Shown: positions 16,519 to 26,441, numbered from the stretch's first letter. The stretch: DNA of 42,001 nt from Gammaproteobacteria bacterium (GCA_003230545.1 QIFB01000010.1:1-42001); one strand, 5' to 3'. Numbers and translations: made by a program. Notes: a model not told the origin generated them from the letters alone.

Positions 16519-19500
16519 TCAGTCGGTACGCACCACCCGAAAGCCGAGATTATCCAGGCGGGTGTCGTGGTCATACTGGCCACGCCTGGTACTGCGTATG
16601 CTGTCGATCGGGCTGGTATAGGCACCACCACGGATCACGCGCTGGGTGCAGCGGCGCGCCTTCCGGGCACTGCCGTCCGTTGCCGCAGCCTGGTAGTTGG
16701 CGTGGTAACAGTCCTCGACCCATTCCTGTGCGTTGCCGGCAGTGTCGTGCAGCCCGAAACCGTTGGGGCTGAAGCTGCCGACCGTGGTAGTGCGCTTGCC
16801 GTCCCACTGGTTACCGCAGTCAAAGCAGTTGGCCGGGACTTCGGCTACCTCCTCATCCCACCAGTAGGGCTGTGTCGTACCGCCGCGTGCGGCAAACTCC
16901 CATTGTGCTTCGGTTGGCAGCCGGTAGTCATGGCTGGTTTGTTTCGACAGCCAGGTTGCATAGGCCGTTGCATCTTTCCAGGATACGTTGATGACCGGCT
17001 GATCCTGGCGTCCCCAACCTTCATCGTAGGGCAGCCGGCGGCCGGTTGCGCGAGCGAACCGGTCATACTCGGCAAAGGTGACTTCGGTTTTACTGATCGA
17101 GAAGCCTTGCAGGTCAACCTGGTGCTGTGGCCGTTCGTCGAAATTCATGGAATTCGGCGCACTGCCCATAATAAACGCGGCATCCGGCAGTTCCACCATC
17201 GACGGACCGTTGCCACCACCCTTCAGCGCATCCCGGTATGCACGCACCGGTGCAACAGGCGGCAATGCGACCGGTTCGGGCGGTGCACTGTCGTCAACCC
17301 GGGCCTGGTCCTGACCGGGGCTGGCGACTGTGACCGGTTTTGCGGCCGGCTTGCCGGCTGTGACTGGCGGTCGGGATACTGCTGGCGGAGTGCCGGTAGC
17401 CGGCGCCGGTGCAGCCTCTCCGTCCGTGTCAGTCACAACCCCGGGTTCGTCAGTAGCCAGACTCAACGGGTTCCCGGGCTGCAGCAGCAACCAGGCTACC
17501 AGCGTAGCGATGGCAACCACGCCGAGGCCGATGACCTTGCCCAGCCAGCCATGGCTGTCCTTACCGGTTACTTCAATCCCCGGGCGGACCTCCGGGACCG
17601 GCGCCGGATCAGTTGCGGTAAACGTGGCAGCGGTGGCCGGTGGCGCCGGCTTATCTGCCGGGGGTTCTTCATCCAGTGACGGAATTTCCAGCGGCGCAGC
17701 CACAGCGCCATCCTGACCGTGTCCGGCACGCAGCGTCTCCATCTGCTGCAGTGCCTTGTCGCGCTGCGCCTCGGCCTCGGTGCGCAGGCGTACTGCAATT
17801 TCGATATTCCTGCGGAACTCTTTCAGCTCGGCGCGCAATTTTTCCGGGTCTTCCAGCTGGCCTTCCTCATCCGTGTTCATCAGGCCACGCGCCACCTCAA
17901 CCTCGACCCGCAGTGTATTCAGCTGCTCACGCGTAGCCTGCTGTTCATCCAGTGCGGTATCGCGCTCCCCGGTCAGCAGCTTCAACTGGGTCTCCAGCTG
18001 CTCAATGGCCGTGTCAGCTTCTGATTTCTGCTCCCGAATCAGTTCCAGGTCTGTCAGGCTGCGCTCCCGCTCCTGCCGGACCGCCTCCGCGGTCTCTGCG
18101 TGCGCCTTGTTCAGGTCATTCTGCAATGCCGTCAGCTGTTCCTCTGCCGGGTCGTTACCGGCCAGTTCCTGTTCCTGCAGCTGCTTCAGACGCGAACGTT
18201 CTTCTTCGCGGACATCATCCCGGGCACGTTCGAGCGCGCCTTCCCGGGATGAAAGTACCTCCTCATGCTTGCTGGCAATGGCAGCGAGCTGTTCCTTCAG
18301 CTGTTTCTGGCGCGCTGCAAGCTCGGCCCGCTCCTGTGCCCGGTCACGCCGCTCGGCCTGCAGCTCTTCCCGGAAATGCCCGGCGCCGGTACGCGCATCA
18401 TCCCGTGCCGCCTGCAGATCATTGGTCGACTGCTCCAGCTTCTTGCGCAACCGCTCGAGCTGGCCCTGTAGCTCCTTTTCTAACTCATTCTTCCGGTTCA
18501 GATCCTCATAGGCCTTGCTCAGTGCATCCTGGTTATCGAGGTCATGTGTTCTTGAACGCTCTTCCGCAGCCTGCAACTCCTTCCCGAATTCACTGCGCTC
18601 TTTTTCCAGCCCGGAAACCTGCTGTTGCAGTTCCTGCTTTTCTCCGTTCTCCTGATCGATTACCTGTTGTAACGACTCGATTATTCCGGCCTGTTCACCG
18701 GACTGCCGCTGCAGCTCCCCGGAATTCTTTTGTGCGGCTTCAAGCTGCTCACCAAGCAACCCGACCTCATCGTCTGCAGCACCCGTTAACGCGGCAATAC
18801 GCTCATTCAGCTTGCCCAGTTCCTGTCCCTGCGCAGTGTTCTGCTGCTGTGACTCATCGAGTTGCTTCCTGAAACTGTCACACTCGGCTGTCGCTGTCTG
18901 CAACTGTTCCGCGCGCACCGAGTTTTCCTGCTTGAGCTCCAGGTAACGCAGCTCCTGCTGCTCCAGTTTCTCGTTGTTTTTCCTGGTGTGGGTTTGCTGC
19001 TGCTTTTCGAATTTTGCCTTGTCCTTATCAGCCTGATCCCGCAATTTCTGCGTCTGCGTTTCAAGTTTCTCAAGCTGCTTCTGCCGGTCCTGAATCTCTT
19101 TCTGCAGTGTTTTCTGCCCACTGCTTGACTCATCCTGCAGCCGTTCCAGCGCGGTTTCCGATGCCTGCGCGGCTGCACCTGCATTTTCGAGTGCTTCCTG
19201 AAGTTTCTGCTGCTGCACCTCAAGCTGGCGGTTTTCGGCGCACAGTGTTTCCTGCTGCTGCCCGGCTTCCTGCAAACTGGCACTGAGAGTTTCGTGCCCG
19301 GAAGATGTCGAGTTCAGTTGTTGTTGCAGCGCCTCGACCTTCCTGTCAGCATCGGCAAGCCGGTCAGACACGGCCGTATTTTCCCGGTGTGACAGCTCCA
19401 GCTCACCACGCAGGGTATCCATCTCACTGTTATGCTGCTTTATGCCGGAGGCTGCCTGTCCGGCAACCGTCTCCTGCTCTTCCCGGGCAGCCGCGATACC

Positions 19501-21306
19501 GGTTTCCAGTCCGGTAATCTGCCCTCTGGCCTGTTGCAGTTCCTGCTGCAGCCCTTCCACTACCTTGTTATGGTCGGTCGCCGAGTCATCCGCACGCTTG
19601 ACTGCCAGTTGTTGCTCAGTGTGCGCCGAGTTAATCGAAGCCTCGAGCATCCCGGCCTGCTGCCGCGACTGCTCCAGCTCGGTTCGCAACTGATCCGCAA
19701 GCTGCTGCTGTCCCGCATACTGCCCCTGCAGTTGTGCGCGTTCCTCGCTGGCCTCGCTGGATTCGGTCTGCAGCCTCGACAGCATGTCACCGGACTCCGT
19801 GAGCTGTTTCTCCAGCTGCGTTACCCGCTCCGTGTATTCATCCTGCAGGGCAGCGTATTGCTCGCGGACCAGCCGGGTCTCGTCTGCGCCGGACTGTTGT
19901 GTATGTTGCAGGCCGGCGAGCTGGTCCTGTGCCTCGCGCAGTGCATTCTCCAGCCGCTCGACATCCGCCTGGCTGTCTACCAGGCCACGTACGGTGTTCT
20001 CATGGTCACTGGCTGCCTGCCGGAGCCCGGTGTTTTCCCGACGCAAGGCCGTGATTTCCTCGAGCTGTTCCGCAGCCGGGTTTATTTCCTGCACAGCATT
20101 AGCGGCCACCGCTGCGGCAGGCGCTGCGGCCGGGCTGGCTGTGGCTTCCGGCTCATCCGCAGCCAGGTCACTACTATCCGCACCTGGCTGGCCGAATTCG
20201 ACCGAGACCACGGCCCCGCCCTCGCTGGCCACCGGTGGTGTATCCCTTGTCTGTTCAGCCGCCGGACTCAGACCATTCATCCCGCCATCGAGCACATATA
20301 CCTCATATCCCTTGTGGCTGAGGATAAAGGCAGCCGAGGAACTGCGGCGCCCGGTATCACAGCAAATAATGTATTTCACGTTAAAAACCAGTTCGGGGAG
20401 CTCACCGCGCAGGTCTGACAGGGGAATATTGACGCTGTCTTCAAAGGCACCGGCCTCGTACTCGCCTGGCGAGCGCACGTCGATCCAGACTGCACCGTCA
20501 TCGACCATTGCGGATGCCGTCTCAAAATCGAGGTTACTGATCAGGTGTTTCTGCAACAGCTCGACAAAGTCCTTTTTGGCGAGGCGCATCAGCACACCGT
20601 CTGTCAGCATGGTCACCGTGGCATTGCGCCGGGCATCCGAGACCAGCGCCTCTTCACCGAAACAGTCGCCATCCGACAGCTCGGCCAGCTTCAGGATTTC
20701 GCCGTCAGGGGCGTCCTTGCGGGTGACCGCACACTGGCCCTGGTGGATGGTATAGAAATAGTCTCCCTCGTCCCCCTGGTTGATTACCGCCTTGCCGGCA
20801 CGTACGGGGACGGATTCCATCTTCATCAGCAGACGCTGGATAATGGCCGGCGGAATCTTGATGAAGACCTCCGACTGGAGAATCCGCGTCATCCAGTCCT
20901 CGTTGCCGTCAGCCCGGATTTCAGTTGCCTCGGTGGACGTTGTCTGGTCCCAGGTCAGGAACACGTCCAGCAACCCGGAATCGATCCGTGCGATCACGAC
21001 CTTGGTTACGGCACGGGCCGTCAGGGGTCGCGGTTGCTGGTTTGCAATCGGGTAACGGCTGACGTCGGTACCGGCTTCCACTTCACTGGTAACCTTGCGG
21101 TGGCCATCAATCAGGTTGATTTTTCCGTCCAGCAGGTAAAATGACTCGTTATTGCGGTCACCCTTGCGGAACAGGTAGCGTCCCTTGCGGACCTCCTCGA
21201 TGACGATTTTCCTGGCGACCTCCGCAAAACGGCTCTCCGACAACGCATTCAGCGGAACCAGGTCCTGGAGGTATTTTTTATTATCCGGTTTTGTCGCTGC
21301 GCCCAT
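16519..21306 (-). CDS. Multidomain membrane protein: 2x cNMP-binding, rhodanese, coiled coil, TM helix, FGE/SUMF1-fold domain
   Basis: FGEEALV...RNATV (cNMP); IDVRS..EY and CCDTGRRS (rhodanese); long Q/E/L heptad region; VIGLGVVAIATLVAWLLL (TM); RLPTEAQWEFAARGG, PNGFGLHD.AGN..EW and GFRVV (FGE fold). Confidence 0.9.
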   Translation of the reverse strand: MGAATKPDNKKYLQDLVPLNALSESRFAEVARKIVIEEVRKGRYLFRKGDRNNESFYLLDGKINLIDGHRKVTSEVEAGTDVSRYPIANQQPRPLTARAVTKVVIARIDSGLLDVFLTWDQTTSTEATEIRADGNEDWMTRILQSEVFIKIPPAIIQRLLMKMESVPVRAGKAVINQGDEGDYFYTIHQGQCAVTRKDAPDGEILKLAELSDGDCFGEEALVSDARRNATVTMLTDGVLMRLAKKDFVELLQKHLISNLDFETASAMVDDGAVWIDVRSPGEYEAGAFEDSVNIPLSDLRGELPELVFNVKYIICCDTGRRSSSAAFILSHKGYEVYVLDGGMNGLSPAAEQTRDTPPVASEGGAVVSVEFGQPGADSSDLAADEPEATASPAAAPAAAVAANAVQEINPAAEQLEEITALRRENTGLRQAASDHENTVRGLVDSQADVERLENALREAQDQLAGLQHTQQSGADETRLVREQYAALQDEYTERVTQLEKQLTESGDMLSRLQTESSEASEERAQLQGQYAGQQQLADQLRTELEQSRQQAGMLEASINSAHTEQQLAVKRADDSATDHNKVVEGLQQELQQARGQITGLETGIAAAREEQETVAGQAASGIKQHNSEMDTLRGELELSHRENTAVSDRLADADRKVEALQQQLNSTSSGHETLSASLQEAGQQQETLCAENRQLEVQQQKLQEALENAGAAAQASETALERLQDESSSGQKTLQKEIQDRQKQLEKLETQTQKLRDQADKDKAKFEKQQQTHTRKNNEKLEQQELRYLELKQENSVRAEQLQTATAECDSFRKQLDESQQQNTAQGQELGKLNERIAALTGAADDEVGLLGEQLEAAQKNSGELQRQSGEQAGIIESLQQVIDQENGEKQELQQQVSGLEKERSEFGKELQAAEERSRTHDLDNQDALSKAYEDLNRKNELEKELQGQLERLRKKLEQSTNDLQAARDDARTGAGHFREELQAERRDRAQERAELAARQKQLKEQLAAIASKHEEVLSSREGALERARDDVREEERSRLKQLQEQELAGNDPAEEQLTALQNDLNKAHAETAEAVRQERERSLTDLELIREQKSEADTAIEQLETQLKLLTGERDTALDEQQATREQLNTLRVEVEVARGLMNTDEEGQLEDPEKLRAELKEFRRNIEIAVRLRTEAEAQRDKALQQMETLRAGHGQDGAVAAPLEIPSLDEEPPADKPAPPATAATFTATDPAPVPEVRPGIEVTGKDSHGWLGKVIGLGVVAIATLVAWLLLQPGNPLSLATDEPGVVTDTDGEAAPAPATGTPPAVSRPPVTAGKPAAKPVTVASPGQDQARVDDSAPPEPVALPPVAPVRAYRDALKGGGNGPSMVELPDAAFIMGSAPNSMNFDERPQHQVDLQGFSISKTEVTFAEYDRFARATGRRLPYDEGWGRQDQPVINVSWKDATAYATWLSKQTSHDYRLPTEAQWEFAARGGTTQPYWWDEEVAEVPANCFDCGNQWDGKRTTTVGSFSPNGFGLHDTAGNAQEWVEDCYHANYQAAATDGSARKARRCTQRVIRGGAYTSPIDSIRSTRRGQYDHDTRLDNLGFRVVRTD

Positions 21307-21938
21307 GTGGTGGTATCTCTCCGATTATCGACCAATCAGGCGGTCATGCATGACCGCCCCATTGCGACCTGCTGCCGCACCCACCATATCGGCTGAAAAT
21401 GCTTTAAATTTAGTACCGTACAAGCGCTCCAAGCAGACCGTGGAGAATGCCCGGAACACCTCCGGTGTGGCTGGCAGGCAACAGGACTGCCGGGCCCTGC
21501 ATGGCTGTGCCGGGCCACCCGGGCTTTCCCGGATACATGCTTATTTCACTATATTATTCAGATAGTTGTGTAATTTTCAGGCCATAGCCAAGCGGCCCGC
21601 CGGATGCAGGGGGGGGGTTGCTGCTGTGCGGCGTTCTCGAATGCCGGTCATCCGGCCATGCCGGGGGCGGGAGGCGTGGATGCAGGGATTGAATGCATGC
21701 GTCCACCGGTAACTCCGGGCCGATCGACTGTCCGCGCCAGTGCAGACACATCGACACGCATTCCGGGACTCCCGTATCGATGTTGTGACCGCTGACGACC
21801 GCCCCTCAGTGGAAACAGCAGGTATAGGAAACACTGCTATACAAGGCATTTCCTGCATTCAAAAACACTTTCACATTTTATTTATTGTGCTATCTTACGC
21901 GGGCAGTTTTAACAACCACTCTAGAGGAGCGATATCGA

Positions 21939-22310
21939 ATGGCTGTGAGAAAGAAAGCAAAGAAGAGAGCTACCAAGAAGGCGCCTGCGAAGCGGGTACC
22001 AACCGTCAAGACGGCAATGACCAAGTCTGCCATGATGGGTGTCATTGCCGACGATACCGGCCTGACCAAGAAAGAGGTTTCAACGGTATTTGATTCTCTT
22101 GCAACTGTTATTAACGGCCACATCAAGAAAGGCGGTGCTGGCACCTGCACCATCCCGGGACTGATGAAGATCAAGACCGTGCGCAAGCCCGCAACCCGTG
22201 CCCGCAAGGGTATCAACCCGTTCACCGGTGAAGAGATGATGTTCAAGGCCAAGCCGGCCCGTAACGTGGTAAAGGTTCTGGCCCTCAAGAATCTGAAAGA
22301 GATGGCCTGA
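21939..22310 (+). CDS. HU family DNA-binding protein with Lys/Ala-rich N-terminal extension
   Basis: GAGGAG RBS, MTKS...IA..TGL.KK.V and ARKGINPFTGEEM.FKAKPA. Confidence 0.92.
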   Translation: MAVRKKAKKRATKKAPAKRVPTVKTAMTKSAMMGVIADDTGLTKKEVSTVFDSLATVINGHIKKGGAGTCTIPGLMKIKTVRKPATRARKGINPFTGEEMMFKAKPARNVVKVLALKNLKEMA

Positions 22311-22321
22311 TTCCTGAACGC

Positions 22322-22349
22322 AAACGGGGCCACAGCGGTGGCCCCGTTT
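22322..22349. terminator. Bidirectional terminator
   Basis: AAACGGGGCCAC/GTGGCCCCGTTT hairpin between convergent genes. Confidence 0.8.
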
Positions 22350-22377
22350 ATACCTGCCTCACACGCGCCGCCTGACG

Positions 22378-22851
22378 TTACCCGTCTTCAGCCGGCCCTT
22401 CCCCGACCACCTGCAGCTTCACCCGGATAAAATCACGGTGCGGCACGTGCAACAGGTCCGCAATCCTTCTCACCAGGTGCTCTTCGTGCGCATCGATCAC
22501 CCCGTCGGCGCAGGTAACCTTCCAGAGCATTCGCATTACCTGCTTCTTGTCTGACGCACTGCATTCGTCATTGATCAGCCGGGTCAGGGGATACAGCGAG
22601 GTGGCGTGTTCGGCCTCGTGCTCGGCCGCCTTGATAATCTCATGCGTTATGTCGGGCGCCAGGGAAAAATGCTCCTCAATGACCCGCCTGACAACCCGGC
22701 GCTCCGCCTCGCTCACCCCGGAATCCGCACGCGCCACTTCCATCAGCAGGGTGGCTGCCGCGAACTGCAAGGCATACTCGTCATTTCCCTCGACAGCCTG
22801 GCCTGCAGCACCCAGATGCTTATCAAGAAATGCCTGAATGGTACCCAGCAT
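22378..22851 (-). CDS. TerB-like family protein
   Basis: A.LLMEVARAD, LW.V..ADG.ID.HEEHLVRRIADLL.V.H.DFI. Start at MLGTIQ. Confidence 0.85.
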   Translation of the reverse strand: MLGTIQAFLDKHLGAAGQAVEGNDEYALQFAAATLLMEVARADSGVSEAERRVVRRVIEEHFSLAPDITHEIIKAAEHEAEHATSLYPLTRLINDECSASDKKQVMRMLWKVTCADGVIDAHEEHLVRRIADLLHVPHRDFIRVKLQVVGEGPAEDG

Positions 22852-22966
22852 TATTATTTCATCCTGTTTGAAAACGCGTCGGGCCTGATGGTCGAATAAA
22901 TTCGGCCCTGCAACACTATCTGAATTCATCGGTAGGGTCGAATTCATTCGACCATCGGTATTGCGG

Positions 22967-23278
22967 CTAGTTGATCGTCCTGTCAGTCCGGTAGACACCT
23001 TCCCGGAAGTCCTCGAAAAATTCATTCACCAGCGGGTGGTTCACCGGTTCATTGGAATCATCCTGCACCATGTTTCTTTCTGCCACGTAGGTTTCCTTGC
23101 TACCGTCATGAACCAGCACGTGATACCAGGGCTCGTTTCTCGGGGGCCGGCTGCTGGCGACATTCTCGTACCACTCATCAGTACCCTGGAATTCCGGATC
23201 GACATCGACGATTACACCGCGGTAATCAAACAGCCTGTGCTGGATGCATTGACCGATCGAAAATTTCGCCTGTTTCAT
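22967..23278 (-). CDS. hspQ: Heat shock protein HspQ (YccV-like)
   Basis: AKFSIGQ...HRLF.YRGVIVDVDPEF, PWYHVLV and TYVAE.N. Confidence 0.92.
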   Translation of the reverse strand: MKQAKFSIGQCIQHRLFDYRGVIVDVDPEFQGTDEWYENVASSRPPRNEPWYHVLVHDGSKETYVAERNMVQDDSNEPVNHPLVNEFFEDFREGVYRTDRTIN

Positions 23279-23565
23279 CAGCCTGTTCCTGCAAGTCAGG
23301 TGCGTCCGGGCCCGATTGCCGGAGTACCTGTACAGTTTTGACCGGTATGGATCTATCCAGTTCGCTGATACTGCATGGATTGATTTTATCGTCCAGTCAA
23401 CCGGTTTCCCATGGATACACAGCATATTACCAGACACAAGGTCATCACCATGCAGTATTCCCTGACCAACAGTCAGGGGTACGGTCACCGCGGGCCGTGC
23501 GGACATTGACCAGGGAGCCGCTGATGAATCCGTCATCGGCGAATACCGGAATGACGGAAACGGAC

Positions 23566-24312
23566 TCACTGCCGGTAGATAAACTGTTTCCCCCGGAACG
23601 ATAGCTGCAAACCTTCCGGTGTAATCTTCTCCAGCTGCGCCCCACTCGCCAGGCGGTCGCCTTCACGATATTTCTTCAGGTCCACCAGGATAAAACGCCG
23701 CTGCGGGTCCGTATCATAAACATGCACATCAATCCGCGGTACTGTAAACCCGCTGCGAAATTCGAGTGACAGCTCATCCCAGTATGGCAATCCACTGGCC
23801 GGCTTTGCCGGGGGTGGCGTGGCTGCCTGCGCGGCGGGCGCCGGAGATTCAGGCACCGGCGCCGCATCCAGGGGCTGCTCCGCCCTGGTAACGGTTCCAC
23901 CCGTCTTCGGGGTCACCAGTGGAGTCACCCTGGCTGCCGGCGGTACATAGGGCCGTGCCGGGGATCTTGGGGCAGGTGGCCTGGTGGTCACCGCAGGCCG
24001 GGGAGGAATCGCGGGCCGAACGGGGACCGTGGGCCGGGCCGGTATCGCGGTCGTGACAATCGGCGGCGCTGTCTCTACTGCCGGTGCCGGCGCAACGGCT
24101 GCGTGTTCGGGCCCGCCACCGGCATCCTCCTTATACAGTACGTAAGCGGCCACCAGTATGCCGATAACAACCAGCAAGGCCGCCAGAATCCAGATCCAGC
24201 GGGAATTGCCACGGGCCGGCCGGACTTGCTCATGCACGGAGTCGAGATCCGGGACCTTGCCGACCACGCGTTCCTGGTCGGCCTTCTTCAATGCTTCGAG
24301 TATATAGGACAT
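23566..24312 (-). CDS. exeB: GspB/ExeB family protein
   Basis: MSYILEALKKA..ER, a single TM, Pro-rich linker and HVY......RFI C-terminal domain; follows exeA. Confidence 0.88.
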   Translation of the reverse strand: MSYILEALKKADQERVVGKVPDLDSVHEQVRPARGNSRWIWILAALLVVIGILVAAYVLYKEDAGGGPEHAAVAPAPAVETAPPIVTTAIPARPTVPVRPAIPPRPAVTTRPPAPRSPARPYVPPAARVTPLVTPKTGGTVTRAEQPLDAAPVPESPAPAAQAATPPPAKPASGLPYWDELSLEFRSGFTVPRIDVHVYDTDPQRRFILVDLKKYREGDRLASGAQLEKITPEGLQLSFRGKQFIYRQ

Positions 24313-24323
24313 ACCCTGCCTGC

Positions 24324-26117
24324 TCAGGATGGCCCGGTGACCAGTCGCGGGATTCCGGGCACTGCCGCACGCGTATTCAGCTGGATAATCGTATGACGCC
24401 CGACGATGCCGTCCGTTACCAGTCCATTGTCGCGCTGAAATGCCAGTACCTGTTGAAACAGCGGGTAATCAAAATCCAGCGGATCTGCGGACGGCAGATC
24501 GACGCCCTGCGCAAGTTCGATCTGGCGGCGCAACCAGCCGACGTCCGGGCCCTTGCCGCCAAGTTCCATGTACAAGGTCCCGCCCGGCGGCGCCTGCAAC
24601 ATCAGCACAAAACCGCCGTCCCAGAATCCGGTGATCTCCGCGACCGGGACGCGGTGCACATCAGCGCCGATGCGCAGCAGGGCCATGTCCTGCTCCAGTT
24701 GCTCAAGCACTACCGGAGCACGCTGACCGTCCGCGTTGACCAGTTTCAGTATCACCGGGCGATCCACATATTTCAGCGACGTCCAGTCGCCCGCCCCGAT
24801 CAGGCAGCGCAATCCCTGTTGAACGGCAAAATTACAAAAGTCCGGTTTGACTTCAGGCGGCAACACCATCGACCAGCGTGCGAACAGATCGGTCCAGGAG
24901 CGCCGGTACCAGGAACTGTCCGCGTCCTGCAACCGCTCTGCCAGCGAGGTCTCGACCACCATGGCCGGTTCCGGCACCACTTCGGGTTCCGGGATCACTT
25001 CAGGTTCGGCCAGCACTTCGGGTTCCGGCGGCACCGCAGGTTCCGGCAGCACGGCTGCTACTGCGGCAACCGGTGGCTCCGGCTCGGGTATTTCCTGTAT
25101 CTCCGGTTCCTGCTGCACAACCGGCTCCGGCACCGGATCGACCGGTATATCCACGGCAGCGGCCGGTGCAGGCCGTTCACCAAACAGTGCTGCCTGTATT
25201 TCCGGATGCTGCCAGGGCTGGTAATAGACAGCGGCGGCCGCCAGCCCGGCAATGGCCAGGCCCCAGGCCAGCCGCGGGGACCTGCGGCTGCGCGTGGCCT
25301 CCTCACCCTGTCGTTCAAGTACTTCCCTGGACGCCCGCCTGACAATATCAGGGTCGATATGTGACTTGCCTTCCACGTACGCCCCCAGCATGGCACGGTC
25401 GCATAGCACGTTGATGAGGCGTGGAATACCGCCGGACAAGCGCTGGATCAGGTCGATGGCTCCCTTGTTGAAAATAGCGTGTGAGGTGCCACAGACCTGC
25501 AGGCGGTGCTGTATATAGGCGCCAGCATCATCCCGGTCAATCGGCTCCAGGTGATAGCGTGCCGTGACCCGCTGCGCCAGCTGGCGCATGTGGTCCTGTG
25601 CCAGCAGGGTGCGCAGCTCGGGCTGCCCGATCAGAATGATCTGCAGCAGTTTTTGCGTGGCGGTTTCCAGGTTGGTCAGCAGGCGGACCTGCTCAAGCAC
25701 TTCCGCACTCAGGTTCTGTGCCTCATCAATAATCAGCACCGTGCGGCGGCCCTGTGCATAGGTATCCAGCAAGTGCCGGTTGAGCACGTCGGTCAGTGTC
25801 TTGATGCTGGCTGTATCCGCCGGGTAATCAACACCCAGCTCGTCACACATGGTCGCGATGAGCTCCCCGGCCGTCACCATCGGGTTGAACACCACCGCGA
25901 TGTCCACGTTGGCAGGGACCTGTTCCATCAGGCAGCGACAGATGGTGGTCTTGCCGGTACCGACTTCGCCCGTCAGCTGGACAAAGCCGCCGCCCTCGCC
26001 CAGGCCATACAGCAGGTGCGCCAGCGCCTCGCGGTGGCAGGCGCTCATGTAGAGAAACCGTGGGTCCGGTGTTATCGAGAACGGCCGCTCGGAAAGATTG
26101 AAATGGTTCAGGTACAT
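24324..26117 (-). CDS. exeA: ExeA/GspA AAA ATPase with peptidoglycan-binding domain
   Basis: PFSITPDPRFLY, GEVGTGKT, IIDEAQNL, GIPRLIN.LCDR, a TM and FQ...GL..DGIVG..T. Confidence 0.93.
   Translation of the reverse strand: MYLNHFNLSERPFSITPDPRFLYMSACHREALAHLLYGLGEGGGFVQLTGEVGTGKTTICRCLMEQVPANVDIAVVFNPMVTAGELIATMCDELGVDYPADTASIKTLTDVLNRHLLDTYAQGRRTVLIIDEAQNLSAEVLEQVRLLTNLETATQKLLQIILIGQPELRTLLAQDHMRQLAQRVTARYHLEPIDRDDAGAYIQHRLQVCGTSHAIFNKGAIDLIQRLSGGIPRLINVLCDRAMLGAYVEGKSHIDPDIVRRASREVLERQGEEATRSRRSPRLAWGLAIAGLAAAAVYYQPWQHPEIQAALFGERPAPAAAVDIPVDPVPEPVVQQEPEIQEIPEPEPPVAAVAAVLPEPAVPPEPEVLAEPEVIPEPEVVPEPAMVVETSLAERLQDADSSWYRRSWTDLFARWSMVLPPEVKPDFCNFAVQQGLRCLIGAGDWTSLKYVDRPVILKLVNADGQRAPVVLEQLEQDMALLRIGADVHRVPVAEITGFWDGGFVLMLQAPPGGTLYMELGGKGPDVGWLRRQIELAQGVDLPSADPLDFDYPLFQQVLAFQRDNGLVTDGIVGRHTIIQLNTRAAVPGIPRLVTGPS
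24967..25050. repeat. Degenerate 18-bp coding tandem repeat (PEPEVx) in exeA linker
   Basis: About 4.5 units resembling GGTTCCGGCACCACTTCG. Confidence 0.75.
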
Positions 26118-26249
26118 AGTGTCATCGCATGCCGGATCCCGTAATCACCGGCGGGGTAGCCTTTGTATCACTTGAGACCCTATACTTCAAAGCCTTGTCA
26201 GGCAGTTCACCAAATAATCGTTGTTCATACCACCATCCCAGTCGAAATC

Positions 26250-26441
26250 CCCCGAATCAGGCTGTTTCTGCTGCTGGTGGTGCAGCTGCCACTGCCCGGC
26301 CCGGCCCGGCCGCGGATCTGGAGCGACTTCGCCCCGCTCTCCGCCCAGCAGACCATACCCGGTGCCGATCACTACCATGATGATTACGAGGATGCACTGA
26401 CCACCGTGGTTATCGACTGGCTGGATACGCCGGCTCGCTGA
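26250..26441 (+). pseudogene. Probable remnant of an alpha/beta-hydrolase-fold gene
   Basis: QQTIPGADHYHDDYEDALTTVVIDWL resembles a hydrolase C-terminus (GADH His loop plus final helix); the rest of the domain is missing. Confidence 0.4.

Noticed and set aside
16519-16640. FGE/CLec C-terminus as a diversity-generating retroelement variable region
   Set aside because: No template repeat or reverse transcriptase in the window; a remote DGR cannot be assessed from this sequence.
16141-17679. 512-aa plus-strand ORF
   Set aside because: Antisense shadow of the PfkB and FGE-domain genes in GC-rich DNA.
349-22349. Identical AAACGGGGCC/GGCCCCGTTT stems in two terminators
   Set aside because: Only two copies with short GC stems; explained as ordinary terminators.
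22852-23569. Long N-terminal extensions of the TerB-like and HspQ ORFs in the track
   Set aside because: They overlap neighbouring genes, and family motifs begin at downstream ATGs (22851, 23278).
24967-25050. Repeats as a CRISPR array
   Set aside because: In-frame 18-bp coding repeats with no unique spacers and no cas genes.
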